This document shows, piece after piece, positions 1 through 8,756 of a stretch of 32,000 nt of DNA. Origin of the DNA: Candidatus Iainarchaeum sp. GTDB lineage: Archaea > Iainarchaeota > Iainarchaeia > Iainarchaeales > 0-14-0-20-30-16. Each line of letters starts with the position of its first letter. Position 1 is the first letter of the stretch. The position numbers and the translations under genes were made by a program. The notes beneath the pieces are model-generated. The model made no database searches and was not told the origin of the DNA. It worked only from the letters and a program-made list of their open reading frames with translations. Location of the stretch: contig JAQTTP010000006.1 in NCBI GenBank assembly GCA_028710695.1, forward strand, positions 22,635-54,634, given 5' to 3'.

Positions 1-2
1 AT

Positions 3-1229
3 GTAAATGTTCCTGTTGAAAAAGATGGAGTAAGTAGAAAAGTACTTGATCTTAAATACACAAGCTTTGCAAAAAAGATTTGCGAATTATATACAAACGA
101 TTTGTGCAAAGAGAATGGATCTTATTTGAATTTTTCTTATAAACAAAATAATTTTAAAACCTATAAATTTGAAGATATCGCTTTGTCTAATAAAAGTTAT
201 GATTTTGGAAATAAAATTGTGTTATTGGGTTCAAATGTAAAAAATCTTCATGATTATGTTAATACCCCTTTACAAAAAGAAATGCAGGGTGTAGTTTATC
301 AAGCAAATTATATTGAGAGTTATCTGCAGAAAAACTTTTTGAATAATTATTTTTATCTTGTATTTTTATTTAGTGTATTTTTAGTTATAATTACTTTTTT
401 AGTTGGTTATTTTATTGGGCCTAAATTGTCAATAATTTTGATTGTTTGTCTTTTATTATTGTGTTTTGTGTTATCTCTTGTACTGTTTGAATATCTTCTA
501 GTATTTAGTTTATTTTATCCTCTGGTTTCTGTAATAATATCTGGAGTTGCATTCTATCTGACAGATTATCAATTTAGAGGCATAGAAAAAAGAGGAATTA
601 CAAATTTGTTTAGTAAATATGTTTCAAAAAATGTTGTTAGTCATATGTTAAAGGATCCAAAAAAATATACAGATTATAATTCTGAAAGAAAAAGAGTTAC
701 AATATTATTTGGAGATATTAGGGGCTTTACAAAAATGTCTTCTAAGATGGACTCGGAAGATGTAATGCACACATTAAATGCCTATCTTAACGAAATGACG
801 GAAATTATTTTTAAACATGGTGGAACAGTAGACAAATATGTTGGTGATGAAATAATGGCTGTGTTTAATTCTCCAACCGATGTTAAAGACCATGAAAGAA
901 AAGCATTTGAATGTGCAAAAGAAATGTTGGCACATGTTGCAAAAGTAAATAAAAAAACAGGAAAGAAATTAAATTACGGCATTGGAATAAATTCAGGATA
1001 TGTTGTTGCAGGAAGCTTTGGTTCTAAGCACCGTTTGGAATATGGTGTGTTAGGAGACACAGTAAATTTAGCATCTCGTTTTTGTAGTGTTGCCCAAGGT
1101 AATGAAATTGTAATGGGTATAGGTACATATGATAGTCTGAAACTAACTGATAGGCTTGGACTTGAAAAAAAAGAATATGACCTAAAAGGAAAAGGCTACA
1201 CAACCGCATATGTTTTCAAGAAAAAGTGA
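3..1229 (+). CDS. Membrane sensor (CHASE2-like N-terminal part, multi-TM) fused to a class III adenylate/nucleotidyl cyclase; 5'-truncated by the window edge
   Basis: Frame 3 is open from base 3 (VNVPVEKDGVSRKVLDLKYTSFAKK...), so the TTG at 102 in the ORF track is probably internal. Hydrophobic helices are present (FYLVFLFSVFLVIITFLVGYFIG, LSIILIVCLLLLCFVLSLVLF, LVSVIISGVAFYL). Cyclase homology domain motifs follow: RVTILFGDIRGFT, DKYVGDEIMAVF, GINSGYVVAG, LGDTVNLASRF. Confidence 0.85.
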   Translation, partial: VNVPVEKDGVSRKVLDLKYTSFAKKICELYTNDLCKENGSYLNFSYKQNNFKTYKFEDIALSNKSYDFGNKIVLLGSNVKNLHDYVNTPLQKEMQGVVYQANYIESYLQKNFLNNYFYLVFLFSVFLVIITFLVGYFIGPKLSIILIVCLLLLCFVLSLVLFEYLLVFSLFYPLVSVIISGVAFYLTDYQFRGIEKRGITNLFSKYVSKNVVSHMLKDPKKYTDYNSERKRVTILFGDIRGFTKMSSKMDSEDVMHTLNAYLNEMTEIIFKHGGTVDKYVGDEIMAVFNSPTDVKDHERKAFECAKEMLAHVAKVNKKTGKKLNYGIGINSGYVVAGSFGSKHRLEYGVLGDTVNLASRFCSVAQGNEIVMGIGTYDSLKLTDRLGLEKKEYDLKGKGYTTAYVFKKK

Positions 1230-1235
1230 GTTTAA

Positions 1236-1877
1236 ATGTTAACAAAAAAAATTGAAGAACTTAAAAAAAGTAAAATATCAAAATTAATTGCTGGCAGAAT
1301 AAAAGAATTTAAAACAAAAAAATCAAGCGAGGAAATATTTTCTGAGCTCTGTTTTTGTTTAATGACTGCAAACTTTAATGCTGAACGTTCGATAAAAATT
1401 CAAGAGCAAATAGGGGCAAAAGGATTTCTAAATCTTCCAGAACAAAAGCTTGCTACAAAATTAAAAGAGTTGGGTCACAGGTTCCCAAATACAAGAGCGA
1501 AATATATTGTTGAAGCCCGGGGGCATATAGGAGAAATTGTAAAGCAAGTAGGGCAAGGGCAGCATCAGTTAAGAGTTGACCATTTACAAAATATTAGGGC
1601 TTGGCTTGTAAAGAATGTAAAAGGCCTTGGCTTAAAAGAATCAAGTCATTTCTTGCGGAATATTGGATTTGATGACTTTGCAATAATAGATTTCCATATT
1701 GTTGACTTGTTGGTAAAAGAAAAGCTAGTAAGTAAAATTAAATCCGGTGCGCTTACAAAAATGAAGTACTTAGAAATTGAACAAATCCTACTTGGTATTG
1801 GCAAAAAAGTAAATCTTAATTTGGCAGAACTTGATTTATATTTATGGTACTTAGAAACAGGAAAGATACTGAAATAA
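1236..1877 (+). CDS. ogg: Archaeal Ogg-type 8-oxoguanine N-glycosylase/DNA lyase (HhH-GPD superfamily)
   Basis: Near-collinear resemblance to remembered archaeal N-glycosylase/DNA lyase sequences: KKIEELK..., ELCFCLMTANFNAE, LGHRFPNTRAKYIVEAR, KGLGLKESSHFLRNIGFDDFAIIDFHI, LAELDLYLWYLETGKILK. The ATG lies 6 nt after the upstream stop. Confidence 0.9.
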   Translation: MLTKKIEELKKSKISKLIAGRIKEFKTKKSSEEIFSELCFCLMTANFNAERSIKIQEQIGAKGFLNLPEQKLATKLKELGHRFPNTRAKYIVEARGHIGEIVKQVGQGQHQLRVDHLQNIRAWLVKNVKGLGLKESSHFLRNIGFDDFAIIDFHIVDLLVKEKLVSKIKSGALTKMKYLEIEQILLGIGKKVNLNLAELDLYLWYLETGKILK

Positions 1878-1905
1878 AATATTATTTATAATCTTAAAAA
1901 ATTAG

Positions 1906-1938
1906 ACCCTAAAAAAGGGTTAGGGAAAAATATTCCCT
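1906..1938. terminator. Two adjacent short hairpins between convergent genes
   Basis: ACCCT-aaaaa-AGGGT (1906-1920) and AGGGAA-aaata-TTCCCT (1922-1938) lie between the ogg stop (1877) and the stop of the minus-strand small ORF (1962). Archaeal termination normally relies on oligo-T, so function is uncertain. Confidence 0.3.
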
Positions 1939-1961
1939 TAACTTTGTTTATTTTATACTAC

Positions 1962-2126
1962 TTATTTCTTCTTTAACATTGGTAATCCAGTTCTCTTATT
2001 CTCAACTACCTTGTATCCGCTTGGCAATTCAATTGAGCCCTTTGGATCCTTTGAAAAGTAGAACAATCTTCCTTTTTGGTGTAGGTGGTATGTTAAACCC
2101 TTGCTATTCTTATAACTAAATCCCAT
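1962..2126 (-). CDS. Small 54-aa protein below the ORF-track length cutoff
   Basis: Manual minus-strand translation: MGFSYKNSKGLTYHLHQKGRLFYFSKDPKGSIELPSGYKVVENKRTGLPMLKKK*. On the minus strand the ATG is preceded by CGGAGGAATTCTGA-ATG (GGAGG Shine-Dalgarno). It fills an otherwise empty 340-nt gap. Confidence 0.6.
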   Translation of the reverse strand: MGFSYKNSKGLTYHLHQKGRLFYFSKDPKGSIELPSGYKVVENKRTGLPMLKKK

Positions 2127-2216
2127 TCAGAATTCCTCCGTAAATGTTTACGTATAAATTACTTCGTATTCCTTAATAAACTTATCGCTTTTTTTATTCA
2201 TAGTTGCGAAGGAAAA

Positions 2217-3614
2217 GTGGTATTTTTGAAAATATATAACTCCCTAACGAAAAAATTAATGGGATTTAGAGCCAAAAAAGACGTAAATATGTATGTCTGC
2301 GGGCCAACAGTTTACAATTATGCACATATTGGCAATATGCGAACTTATATTTTTGGAGATTTAATCGCCAGATTCTTAGAATACAAGGGCTATAAAGTAA
2401 AATATGTAAGAAATTACACTGATGTTGATGATAAAACAATCAAAGGATCAATAGAAAACGGAAAAAGCTTGGAAGATTTTACTAATTTTTATATTAGAGA
2501 ATTTGAAAAAGACTGCTCTACTCTGAATTTGAATGAACCTGATGTTAAGCCAAGACCAACAAGACTAATAAAAGAAATTGTTGAATTTATTGAAGGCCTA
2601 ATAAAAGATGGATATGCCTACAAAGCAAAAGATGGTTCTACTTATTTTGATATCTCTAAATTTGTGCACTATGGAAAACTAAATAACATAAAACAAAAGG
2701 AATTGAAAAAAGGCGCAAGCGAGCGTGTGAATTTAGATGAATATGAAAAGGACAACGCATCTGACTTTGTATTATGGAAAGCTTGGAAAGAAGAAGATGG
2801 AAAGGTTTATTGGAATACAAGTTTGGGCAAAGGAAGACCGGGCTGGCATATAGAATGTTCTGTAATGTGTCATAAGTATTTAGGAAAAACCATTGATATT
2901 CATTGTGGTGGAGAAGATCTGAAATTCCCGCACCATGAAAACGAAATCGCACAAAGCGAAGCACATAATAATGCAAGATTTGTTAATTATTGGATACACT
3001 TTGGGATGCTAACAGTTGATGGAAAAAAAATGTCAAAGAGATATGGAAATATTTACACTATTAGAGAAATTTTAGAAAAAGGGTACAATCCAATAGCTTT
3101 GAAATTATATTATTTCATGTCAAATTATCGGTCAGCAATGGACTTCTCTTTTGAAGAATTAAAAGAAACTGAATTGAAGTTAAATGGATTCAACAAAACA
3201 ATAAAAAGGCTTGTTGGATATCATGGTCCGAAAGTAGATCTTGGAGAATACAAAAAGAAAATAAAAGGTTATTTGAAAGATATTGAAAAAGCAATGGATA
3301 ATGATTTTAATACTAGGCTTGCAATGACTTACTTATTAGATATGTTTAGTTATATAAACTTAAATATAACAGAAGGAAACTTGTCGACTGGGAATATTAA
3401 GTTTACTTTGCAAATGTTGAAAGTTTTAGATGTAGTGTTTGGAATCTTTAAGTTCCCTGAAGCACCGGCAACAATAATATTTGACAAGGTAAAAAAGAGA
3501 CAAGCATATAGGGCAAAGAAAGATTATGCAATGGCAGACAAGATGAGAGATCAGCTAAAGGATTACATGGTCGAGGACCACAAGAATGGCGCTTTCTCTG
3601 TGTATAAAAACTAA
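2217..3614 (+). CDS. cysS: Cysteinyl-tRNA synthetase
   Basis: Class I aaRS motifs are present: CGPTVYNYAHIGNMRTY (HIGH-type) and KMSKR (KMSKS-type). WHIECS and FPHHENEIAQSEA match CysRS zinc/cysteine-site signatures. The N-terminus (L)KIYNSLTKK is typical, favouring the GTG at 2217. Confidence 0.93.
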   Translation: MVFLKIYNSLTKKLMGFRAKKDVNMYVCGPTVYNYAHIGNMRTYIFGDLIARFLEYKGYKVKYVRNYTDVDDKTIKGSIENGKSLEDFTNFYIREFEKDCSTLNLNEPDVKPRPTRLIKEIVEFIEGLIKDGYAYKAKDGSTYFDISKFVHYGKLNNIKQKELKKGASERVNLDEYEKDNASDFVLWKAWKEEDGKVYWNTSLGKGRPGWHIECSVMCHKYLGKTIDIHCGGEDLKFPHHENEIAQSEAHNNARFVNYWIHFGMLTVDGKKMSKRYGNIYTIREILEKGYNPIALKLYYFMSNYRSAMDFSFEELKETELKLNGFNKTIKRLVGYHGPKVDLGEYKKKIKGYLKDIEKAMDNDFNTRLAMTYLLDMFSYINLNITEGNLSTGNIKFTLQMLKVLDVVFGIFKFPEAPATIIFDKVKKRQAYRAKKDYAMADKMRDQLKDYMVEDHKNGAFSVYKN

Positions 3615-3709
3615 ACAAAAAGCCTAAACGCGTACTATTTATAAATAGTTTTTTTCTAGTATATTATTAGTAAATTCTTTTTTTAGTGGTTAATCTTTTG
3701 GGTGATATC

Positions 3710-6010
3710 ATGGTTGTGGCAAAAGTAAAGGAAGCAGTAAGAAGCGATGTTGGAAGAGGAATAGCAAGGCTTGGGAAAAAACTGATGAAATCCCTAAAGC
3801 TAGAAGTGGGTGACGCAATAATAATAAAAGGCAAGAAAGAGGCCTGTGCATTAGTGTGGTCTGAGCTGCCTGATGACGAAAGCATAATCAGAATGGATGG
3901 AATCTTAAGGCACAATGCAGGAACAAGCCTGGACGAGGAAGTAGAATTAAAAAAAGTGGAATTAAAAGAAGCAAAGAAGATGCTTTTAGCCCCAACTCAA
4001 GAGATAAGTTTTTCAGCTGATTTTGTAGATTATGTTAAAGAAAAAATACTTAATATGCCTTTACTTATGGGAAATTCTTTGCTTATTAATGTGCTTGGAA
4101 CCCAATTGCAGTTAATAGTTACAAAAATGGAACCCTCACCAGGAAGAATTACATGGGATACTGATTTGAAGATTGCTGACAAGCCAATGAAAGTTGCAGA
4201 AAAAACAAAAGGAATAAGATATGAAAATATTGGTGGTTTGGAGAAAGAAATTGAAGCAATAAGAGAGATGGTAGAGATACCAATGAAGAATCCAGAAGTG
4301 TTTAGAAAATTGGGAATAAGCCCGCCAAAAGGAGTTTTATTACACGGTCCTCCTGGAACTGGGAAAACATTATTGGCTAAGGCAGTTGCAAATGAGACTG
4401 ATGCACATTTCATAACTCTAAATGGTCCAGAAATAATGAGCAAATATTATGGGCAAAGTGAAGAGAACTTGAGAAATGTTTTCAAAGAGGCAAAAGAAAA
4501 TGCGCCATCAATAATTTTTATTGATGAAATTGATGCAATCGCATCAAGCAGAGAAGAAACCCACGGAGAGGTAGAGAAGAGGGTTGTTTCTCAGCTTTTA
4601 ACTATGATGGACGGCTTGGAAGCAAGAGGGAATGTAATTGTAATTGCTGCAACCAACAGGCCAGATTCTTTAGATGCTGCTTTGAGAAGACCCGGAAGGT
4701 TTGATAGAGAATTACAAATTGGAATGCCAACAAGAATTGCAAGAAAAGAAATCCTGCAAATCCATACAAGGAACATGCCAATTACAATAAAAAAAGAAGA
4801 AATAACTTCTGACTTAATTTCAAAATTAAAAGAACTTACTAGGGATGGAAAAAAGGAACAAGATTTATCAAAAATGATAAAAGTTTTAGAATCGGATGAT
4901 AATGTAAACAAAAAAATTACTGACTTGTACAAACAAGTAGATCCAACTTTACTAAACGACTTGTTAAAGCAGAGTTTAGTTGCTTATCTTGCTGATGAAT
5001 CTATTGGTTTTTCAGGGGCAGATTTAGAGGTGCTTGCAAAAGAAGCAGCAATGCGTGCTTTGAGAAGAGTAATGCCACAGATAAAACAAGCAGAAGGAAA
5101 TTTGTCTAAGAAAATATTAGATGACATAATCATAACTATAGAAGACTTCTTTGAAGCATTAAAGTTTGTGGAACCGTCAGCTATGAGAGATATTTCTGTT
5201 GAGATACCTAAAGTTAGTTGGGACGATGTTGGTGGTCTTGAAGATGTAAAGGCAAAGATAAGAGAAAGCATAGAATGGCCAATGAAATATCCAGAACATT
5301 TCAAAACTGCAGGGATTTCGCCTCCACAAGGAATTATGCTTTATGGTCCACCTGGAACTGGAAAAACATTGATAGCAAAAGCAATTGCAAATGAGGCTAA
5401 ATTGAACTTCATTGTTGTAAAAGGCCCAGAACTTTTGAGTAAGTGGGTTGGAGAAAGTGAAAAAGGAATAAGAAAAATATTTAGTAGAGCAAGACATGTT
5501 GCTCCGGCAATGATTTTCTTTGATGAAATTGATGCTTTGGTTCCAACAAGAGGAAGAAGTAATAATGATGTTTCAGATAAGTTGACTGCACAATTGCTTA
5601 CAGAAATGGACGGTGTAACAAGAATACATGATATAATCATTATGGGATCTACAAATAGACTTGATTTACTAGATCCTGCTCTTTTAAGGCCCGGAAGATT
5701 TGATGTTGCCTTGTATGTTGGTCTTCCAGAAAAAGATGCAAGAAAGCAGATCCTAAAAGTTCATTCAAAAGACATGACTTTATCAAGTACAGTAAAGTTC
5801 GAAGAAGTTGCTGAGAAAACAGAAAACTATTCTGGCGCGGACTTGAGAGCGGTTTGTGTAGAGGCCGGATTGGAAGCAATAAGACGAGCAATAAAAGAGA
5901 AGAGGGATCTAAAAGAAGTTACAATGAAAGACTTCCACGAAGCAATTAAGAAAATAAAGCCAAGCGTGGATAGCGCGATAGTAGAAGGCAAAGATGTGAA
6001 TGTAAGATAG
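3710..6010 (+). CDS. cdc48: Cdc48/VAT-type double-ring AAA+ ATPase
   Basis: N-domain [21 protein letters not shown]...GDAIIIKG. Two Walker A motifs ([13 protein letters not shown] and [13 protein letters not shown]), two Walker B motifs (IIFIDEIDA and MIFFDEIDA), and SRH regions [20 protein letters not shown] and [20 protein letters not shown] prefer ATG 3710, preceded by GGTGAT at 3701, over the TTG at 3686. Confidence 0.93.
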   Translation: MVVAKVKEAVRSDVGRGIARLGKKLMKSLKLEVGDAIIIKGKKEACALVWSELPDDESIIRMDGILRHNAGTSLDEEVELKKVELKEAKKMLLAPTQEISFSADFVDYVKEKILNMPLLMGNSLLINVLGTQLQLIVTKMEPSPGRITWDTDLKIADKPMKVAEKTKGIRYENIGGLEKEIEAIREMVEIPMKNPEVFRKLGISPPKGVLLHGPPGTGKTLLAKAVANETDAHFITLNGPEIMSKYYGQSEENLRNVFKEAKENAPSIIFIDEIDAIASSREETHGEVEKRVVSQLLTMMDGLEARGNVIVIAATNRPDSLDAALRRPGRFDRELQIGMPTRIARKEILQIHTRNMPITIKKEEITSDLISKLKELTRDGKKEQDLSKMIKVLESDDNVNKKITDLYKQVDPTLLNDLLKQSLVAYLADESIGFSGADLEVLAKEAAMRALRRVMPQIKQAEGNLSKKILDDIIITIEDFFEALKFVEPSAMRDISVEIPKVSWDDVGGLEDVKAKIRESIEWPMKYPEHFKTAGISPPQGIMLYGPPGTGKTLIAKAIANEAKLNFIVVKGPELLSKWVGESEKGIRKIFSRARHVAPAMIFFDEIDALVPTRGRSNNDVSDKLTAQLLTEMDGVTRIHDIIIMGSTNRLDLLDPALLRPGRFDVALYVGLPEKDARKQILKVHSKDMTLSSTVKFEEVAEKTENYSGADLRAVCVEAGLEAIRRAIKEKRDLKEVTMKDFHEAIKKIKPSVDSAIVEGKDVNVR

Positions 6011-6062
6011 GGGAACAAACTTTCCCCTTTGAGTTGGGGCCATGAAGGCCCGGATTTTTTCT
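6010..6062 (+). terminator. Hairpins plus T-tract after cdc48
   Basis: GGGGAA-caaact-TTCCCC (6010-6027), then GGGCC-atgaa-GGCCC (6037-6051), followed by the T-run ggattttttct. Confidence 0.5.
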
Positions 6063-6069
6063 CTAGTAA

Positions 6070-6084
6070 ACTATTTATATTAAT
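6070..6084 (+). promoter_or_regulatory. TATA-box-like element upstream of the pilin-like cluster
   Basis: ACTATTTATATTAAT starts 31 nt upstream of ATG 6101. The same ACTATTTA(T/A)(A/G) core recurs at 3634, 9872 and 15696 upstream of other + strand genes. No Shine-Dalgarno lies between it and the ATG, which suggests a leaderless or very short leader transcript. Confidence 0.45.
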
Positions 6085-6100
6085 TTATTCTATCTTATAA

Positions 6101-6679
6101 ATGCATAAAGTAGGACAAAAAATCAACAAATGGCGTAATCTCCATTCCTTGAAATCTCAGAAAGGTCAGGAAAGTATTGTATTTGAAGTTCTTATTGCAG
6201 TTATACTAATGACTTTTGTTTTTGTAATTGGGGGGTATGCAATGAAATCCCTAAACGAAACAAAATGCTCAAAAGAAATAGACTTGTCTATGAGCCAACT
6301 TGCGAGCGCAATAGAAAAAGCAGGAGCAACAAGTATTGGTACATATTACTACAAATTTTCGCCATCTTCTTGTTTTAGAAATAAAGAAACAAGTTATGAA
6401 CTAAAATCTGAAAGTGCAACTTTGTGTTCATCTTATTGTCCTGGAACTAATTATTGTTACCTGCTGAAATATCAAAATCAACAAGATCCAGTTAGTCCTC
6501 TTAGGTATAAATGCGTAAATATTTCGAAATACGTTGGATTAAATAATACTGGAATTTGTTCTGCACAAGGAGATTATGATGTAATGCAAGTTAACCCAAC
6601 TATTTTCCACCAGGGGGATTATTTGTTTGAATCAAAATCTTTGACAGTTCCATCAATTTGTATTTATTATAAACAATAA
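6101..6679 (+). CDS. Secreted/anchored Cys-rich protein with a class III (type IV pilin-like) signal-peptide-like N-terminus
   Basis: Basic leader MHKVGQKINKWRNLHSLKSQKG, then QESIVFEVLIAVILMTFVFVIGGYAM ([KR]G followed by Q-x-S, an acidic residue and a >20-aa hydrophobic helix). There are 8 Cys in the C-terminal domain. It is the first gene of a same-strand cluster. Confidence 0.7.
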   Translation: MHKVGQKINKWRNLHSLKSQKGQESIVFEVLIAVILMTFVFVIGGYAMKSLNETKCSKEIDLSMSQLASAIEKAGATSIGTYYYKFSPSSCFRNKETSYELKSESATLCSSYCPGTNYCYLLKYQNQQDPVSPLRYKCVNISKYVGLNNTGICSAQGDYDVMQVNPTIFHQGDYLFESKSLTVPSICIYYKQ

Positions 6680-6701
6680 GTGATGCCATCGCCGTGATTT
6701 T

Positions 6702-7328
6702 ATGATTGAGTTTATAATTTCCAAAATAGGTATATTGCTTTTTGCAGTGGCCGTGGCATCAGTGTTGATATTTTTTTCTTTAGGAATGAAAGATATTTTT
6801 GTTGCAGAGCAAGGCAGGGAAATTGCATCAACAATTATTAAGCAAGCAAAAGGTTTGTCGGAAACAGAGGCTTTGTGTACATCATTGAGGCTTAACTTGC
6901 CAAGATATATTGATATTTATGGGTCTACAGAAACATTTTCTTTGTCTGCATTGAATTATTTTTTTAAGATTTCAAAAGTTGATATTGGAAACGGCCAGAA
7001 TTCTGTTGTATTTGGAATTTACAAAAAAAATGGAAAAAAAGTTGGAAAACTTTTTGCAGTTGATAGTTTTAATACCAACTCTCAAATAGATTTTATTGGA
7101 ACTCCTGTGCCTGATGTTGACAAACCAGGTGAGACTTTAACTTGGGATCCGACCAACTCTTTGAGTAATGTAGTTTATGTTGTAAAAACAGTAATAAATG
7201 GTGAAGAAATAATCCATCTTGTTAAATGTGGGTATGACAAAAAAAGTGCAAACCCATATTCAAGTTGTTATTCTGCATTTGAAAATCTAAATATACCGGG
7301 GGTTTATTGTGTTCCAAAAGAAGATTAA
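6702..7328 (+). CDS. Membrane-anchored/secreted protein of the pilin-like cluster
   Basis: The N-terminus is itself a hydrophobic helix with an early Glu (MIEFIISKIGILLFAVAVASVLIFF). An in-frame TGA at 6681-6683 excludes a longer leader. There are 4 Cys in the ectodomain. The 3' end overlaps the next gene by 20 nt. Confidence 0.65.
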   Translation: MIEFIISKIGILLFAVAVASVLIFFSLGMKDIFVAEQGREIASTIIKQAKGLSETEALCTSLRLNLPRYIDIYGSTETFSLSALNYFFKISKVDIGNGQNSVVFGIYKKNGKKVGKLFAVDSFNTNSQIDFIGTPVPDVDKPGETLTWDPTNSLSNVVYVVKTVINGEEIIHLVKCGYDKKSANPYSSCYSAFENLNIPGVYCVPKED

Positions 7329-7923
7329 AAAGCAAAGTAGTAAGCCCCAAAGAAAAAAGGGCTTTATAGGAGCAATTGGTGATGATCTGCCAAGCTTGGT
7401 GCCAATATTTTTCTCTTTATTGATTTTTTTTGGAACTCTTTCATTTGTGTTTGTTACTCTTGGTGACAGAAATGCATATCTAGAAAAATATTTTGAGTCA
7501 ATATCTGTTTCAAAAGAAATATTGGGAAGTAGTTTTTATTCTGGATATACAGATTTTGATATGAGAGTTAAAGGGGTAAACACAACAGAGAAATATGCTG
7601 TTGGATTAATTTATAATCCAGAACTTTTAGGAAACAATATTTTTGATAAAGATTATTTTATTCAAAGTTTTGATAATCTTGGTATAGAAGAATTCCAGAT
7701 TCCAATAGATGATGTTGATTTTTTTTGTACTGTTGATGACAGTATTTGTAATTCTAATTCTGACAAAAATTATTTTGTATTTTCTAACGACCCAGATTTT
7801 GAAAATTCAATAGAACTGGACATTATTTTTAAAAACAACCAACCTCTAACCTATCTTTACCCAGTTACTTTGTCAACAAGTAAAGGGGTATTTGGGGTAT
7901 ATCTATATTTAATTGTGTGGTAA
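7309..7923 (+). CDS. Pilin-like cluster protein 3
   Basis: GTG start inside the previous gene. Basic leader MFQKKIKKQSSKPQRKKG, then FIGAIGDDLPSLVPIFFSLLIFFGTLSFVFVTL. There are 2 Cys (FFCTVDDSIC). Confidence 0.6.
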   Translation: MFQKKIKKQSSKPQRKKGFIGAIGDDLPSLVPIFFSLLIFFGTLSFVFVTLGDRNAYLEKYFESISVSKEILGSSFYSGYTDFDMRVKGVNTTEKYAVGLIYNPELLGNNIFDKDYFIQSFDNLGIEEFQIPIDDVDFFCTVDDSICNSNSDKNYFVFSNDPDFENSIELDIIFKNNQPLTYLYPVTLSTSKGVFGVYLYLIVW

Positions 7924-7925
7924 AT

Positions 7926-8690
7926 ATGAAGTCGAGAAAAATGAATCAGAGGGGCCAAGCAGCAGTTACTGATGCCTTATTTTTCTTGACTATAGTGGCA
8001 GTTGTTAGTGTACTGATGTTTACAAATGCAATGGGCTATGGAAAGAATCTAATTGATAGTAGTGTTGAGTATTACGAAAATACTTACATAATTTCTGCAT
8101 TAAAAACTTTGTATGCAGTAAGTAGTCCATTAGAATTAGATAAATATAGTGTTTTTGAAAGCAACTATAATGATACTTTGTTTACAATGTTAAAAAAAGA
8201 TTATTATCTTGACACAGTTTTGTCAAATGAAATGAAAATAAAAGTAATGGAATCTTTAAAAGAAATAATGAAACCAATAAACAAAAACAAAAATTATCTT
8301 TTCTATATTTATAACCCCAAAAATCAAGCAGGAGTTGGAGAGATTGTTCTTGCTGGATTTGTAATAACTCAAGAAGAGAGTGATGAAAAAATAACTTATA
8401 TTTGTGGAAAATCTTTAGACCCACAAATAAATAATATCTCTTTAGATGATATTTCATATTACCTTTCAAGGCACTTATTAGGGCAGAGATTTGCAGAAGG
8501 AAGAATGAGTTTATTAGAAAAACAAGGTGCGGATTCAACTCTTGTTATAGTAAATACAGGGCTTCTTGTTTGGACTGCAACCCCTGACATAGATAAATAT
8601 GGTGACTTTGTAGATCCCGGAACAGAATTTTTGAAAACAAACTGTTGTGTTTATACTCCTGGAACTTTATCTTGTCAGGTGAATCCGTAA
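7926..8690 (+). CDS. Pilin-like cluster protein 4 (class III signal-peptide-like)
   Basis: ATG 7926 lies 2 nt after the upstream TAA. MKSRKMNQRG, then QAAVTDALFFLTIVAVVSVLMF. There are 4 Cys, including the C-terminal NCCVYTPGTLSCQ. The GTG at 7917 in the ORF track is an alternative start. Confidence 0.65.
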   Translation: MKSRKMNQRGQAAVTDALFFLTIVAVVSVLMFTNAMGYGKNLIDSSVEYYENTYIISALKTLYAVSSPLELDKYSVFESNYNDTLFTMLKKDYYLDTVLSNEMKIKVMESLKEIMKPINKNKNYLFYIYNPKNQAGVGEIVLAGFVITQEESDEKITYICGKSLDPQINNISLDDISYYLSRHLLGQRFAEGRMSLLEKQGADSTLVIVNTGLLVWTATPDIDKYGDFVDPGTEFLKTNCCVYTPGTLSCQVNP

Positions 8691-8756
8691 TCTTATAGGA
8701 ATCAAAAACTAGTCCTGATTTTCTTTGTGTGGGTTTAATTTGTCTTTTTCCTTGGC

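Noticed and set aside
2656-6018. Minus-strand ORFs inside cysS and cdc48 (2656-2976, 3667-3915, 4030-4443, 4591-4932, 4984-5304, 5177-5497, 5341-5640, 5649-5891, 5827-6018).
   Set aside because: All lie antisense to genes with unambiguous family motifs. Their translations are low-complexity S/F/I/L-rich shadows with no RBS or promoter context.
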